The translations under genes were made by a program, and so were the position numbers. Source: a virus. From it: a stretch of DNA of 64,000 nucleotides. Position 1 is the stretch's first letter; each line of letters opens with the position of its first letter. The notes beneath the pieces are model-generated. The model searched no databases. It was not told the origin of the DNA and saw nothing but the letters and a program-made list of their open reading frames with translations. Positions 62,072 to 64,000 of the stretch are shown here, piece after piece. The stretch is taken from positions 96,001 to 160,000 of the IMG/VR virus record IMGVR_UViG_3300031992_000005, one strand, 5' to 3'.

Positions 62072-64000
62072 ATGACGGTAATCAAAGTAGATGAGTCAAA
62101 AGAGCCTTTTGATATTATCAAAATTCATAAGGCCCTAGAAAAAGTTTTCTCTCAATGCGGAGAAGATTTAACAGAAGAGATCTTAACTAACCTGGATGAA
62201 TATGTCAAGAAATCGTTAGACACTGAAGCAGATGTTGAGATTGAGGTGGATGATATTCACAACCTAGTTGAGCAATTTCTTATGTTGAATAACTTCTTTG
62301 CTGCATCTAAGTCTTATATCTTAGGACGATATAAGAAGGCCTTAGAGAGAGCAGAGAACAAAATGTATATTAAAAGTTTATCAGAAAAATTAAGTGCAAT
62401 TGATGTAGCTAATCAAAATGCAAACGTAGATGAGAAGAGCTTTGGTGGTAGAATAGGTGAGGCTAGTAGATATGTTGTAAAAGACTTTGCCTTGAACTAT
62501 TGTATGAGCCGAAAATCAAAGAACAATCATCTTAATAATGAAATCTATATTCACGACCTCGATTCTTACACAATTGGTTCTCATAATTGCGCCCATGGTA
62601 AGTCATGGGTTAAGATAAAACATGGTGGCAAAATTCATTTAACTCGTATTGAAGATCTTGCTAAAGAAGTTGGTTTGACTGATGGTAAACTAGCTGATGT
62701 ATCAAAAGACTGTTGGCAGATTTTGTCACGTGATGGATGGACAAAGCTCAAGAATATTTCCCAGAGAAAATTAAGGGAAGATGAAGAGCTTTTTACAATT
62801 AAGACAAGAACAGGCATACCACTTAAATTGACTGGTGAGCATAGATTGCCTATTCTAGATGAAAACGGTGAAGAAAAAGTAGTGAAGGTTAAGAACCTAA
62901 AGGTAGGTGATTCTCTGCTTGATATAGGGAATATTCGTTTTTCAGAGGAAGATTTGAATGAGTCTTTCTTGAACTTATTAGAACTTAACGACGATGTTGT
63001 AGATATTAGGATAACTAATCTATCTTCATTAAAAAGCTATTTGGAGTATCATTATGGTATTAATTTTACGGAGTTTGCTAGAAAGAATAATTTTGCAATA
63101 GATCCTAGGGCAAAAACGATGAAATTATGCGATTTCGTAAAGTTAACAAGAGAATATCCAATTTCATTTGAAGTTTATAGTAATTTATTAATTAAGTCCA
63201 GTGGTTCAAAGCATACTTATCCACTTCACATACCGTATACACCACAATTAGCTAAACTTTATGCTTATATTTATGCAGATGGTGGAGTATATGTGAATGA
63301 GGAGAAAAGCATGTTTCAGATTACTTTTACAAATACTAATGAGAAGCTTTTGGATGATTTCATTGATTGCTATGAAGATGTATTTGGATATAGACTTAAC
63401 AAATCGTATCCAGGTGCTACGGCAACTTCTCCTTGTATTAGAGTAACTGACGGAACCAGACTCATAGTAAAGATCTTTAGAGATTTTGCTGGGGCTAGAA
63501 AAAATGGATCCAATAATATCTCGGTACCAGACTTTGTTATTAATGGAACAAATGAGATCAAGTATGCATATTTATCTGCTTGTATAGATACTGACGGTTG
63601 TCTCAATAATAATAGAATTACCTATCACTCCTGTTGTGAAAGATATTGTCAGCAGTTAGCAATTATGTTAAACTCGCTTGGTTATCATCCAACCGTAGTA
63701 CAGTCAGGTAAAGCAGGTGAAGAATATCATTTCGGAAATAAGGTCGGAAAAAGAAACTTTGATTCTTTTGCAGTTGCGTTGTCGCGTAAAGATGAACTTG
63801 CTGCATTACAGTCAAAATTATCTTGCCTTAAGCACAATGATACTTATGTGTATCGTGGACTTAAGGATAAGTATGTTGAGAATAGGATTGTATCTATTTC
63901 AACCAGTTATGAAGATTGTTCCGTATATGATATGGAAACTGCTTCACATTGGTATATTATAAATAATTATGTCAGTCATAATTGTCTCACAATTCCATTT
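62072..64000 (+). CDS. nrdD: Anaerobic ribonucleoside-triphosphate reductase (NrdD), 3'-partial, interrupted by an intein
   Basis: The ATP-cone is MTVIKVDESKEPFDIIKIHKALEKVF. QNANVDEKSFGGR and EIYIHDLDSYTIGSHN-C parallel E. coli NrdD ENANKD... and IHYHDLD...MFNC. The frame is open to the window end; the ORF is absent from the track only because it has no stop. Confidence 0.8.
   Translation, partial: MTVIKVDESKEPFDIIKIHKALEKVFSQCGEDLTEEILTNLDEYVKKSLDTEADVEIEVDDIHNLVEQFLMLNNFFAASKSYILGRYKKALERAENKMYIKSLSEKLSAIDVANQNANVDEKSFGGRIGEASRYVVKDFALNYCMSRKSKNNHLNNEIYIHDLDSYTIGSHNCAHGKSWVKIKHGGKIHLTRIEDLAKEVGLTDGKLADVSKDCWQILSRDGWTKLKNISQRKLREDEELFTIKTRTGIPLKLTGEHRLPILDENGEEKVVKVKNLKVGDSLLDIGNIRFSEEDLNESFLNLLELNDDVVDIRITNLSSLKSYLEYHYGINFTEFARKNNFAIDPRAKTMKLCDFVKLTREYPISFEVYSNLLIKSSGSKHTYPLHIPYTPQLAKLYAYIYADGGVYVNEEKSMFQITFTNTNEKLLDDFIDCYEDVFGYRLNKSYPGATATSPCIRVTDGTRLIVKIFRDFAGARKNGSNNISVPDFVINGTNEIKYAYLSACIDTDGCLNNNRITYHSCCERYCQQLAIMLNSLGYHPTVVQSGKAGEEYHFGNKVGKRNFDSFAVALSRKDELAALQSKLSCLKHNDTYVYRGLKDKYVENRIVSISTSYEDCSVYDMETASHWYIINNYVSHNCLTIPF
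62588..63982 (+). mobile_element. Intein (465 aa) with LAGLIDADG homing endonuclease domain, inserted before the conserved NrdD Cys
   Basis: It starts at Cys1 (CAHGKSWVKI). Block B is LTGEHRL. LAGLIDADG motifs are LAKLYAYIYADGGVY and IKYAYLSACIDTDGCL. Block F is VYDMETASHWYII. It ends ..YVSHN followed by the +1 Cys (CLTIPF). Confidence 0.85.

Noticed and set aside
1-64000. Stop-codon reassignment (TAG or TGA recoding), as reported for some gut phages
   Set aside because: Long genes with recognisable domains (GroEL, Mre11-Rad50, LRR fibres, NrdD plus intein, ligase) are uninterrupted under the standard code. The gene-free gaps are explained by RNA structures and repeats, not by broken ORFs.

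Overview
The window reads as a contiguous piece of a large, AT-rich tailed dsDNA phage genome. Genes are densely packed with many ATGA/TAATG junctions. There are no Shine-Dalgarno sequences; start codons sit behind A-rich leaders. Together with lipobox lipoproteins and BspA-type LRR and DUF1566 proteins, this suggests a Bacteroidota-type host, possibly a crAss-like or jumbo lineage (inference only). Strand blocks: + 1-8343, - 8509-8901, + 9013-11732, - 11764-26727, + 27077-39487, - 39520-40221, + 40310-64000. Recognisable content: (1) a T4-like type II topoisomerase whose GyrB-like gene is split by two td-like group I introns, followed by a gp52/GyrA-like subunit; (2) a replication/recombination block with a fused Mre11-Rad50 nuclease-ATPase, SWIM protein, FEN/RNase H, LigA-like ligase, dUTPase, AEP-like primase/initiator and a ParM-like actin; (3) an iteron array plus a 146-nt pure-A/T tract that looks like a replication origin; (4) chaperones and proteases: Hsp20, M42 peptidase, GroES/GroEL, ClpP; (5) RNA-end enzymes: a CCA-adding enzyme, a kinase-like/phosphoesterase fusion and a weak Tpt1-like protein; (6) two inverted clusters of LRR tail-fibre-like genes that share N-terminal modules, one carrying a G11 tract; (7) an NrdD gene interrupted by a LAGLIDADG intein. 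Non-coding highlights are a recurring promoter-like motif coupled to GNRA-capped terminators, and an ~800-nt array of seven ORF-less mini transcription units, two of which encode homologous ~65-70 nt structured RNAs. I recognised no rRNA, canonical tRNA or CRISPR array. All functional calls rest on motif recognition by eye, not on database searches.
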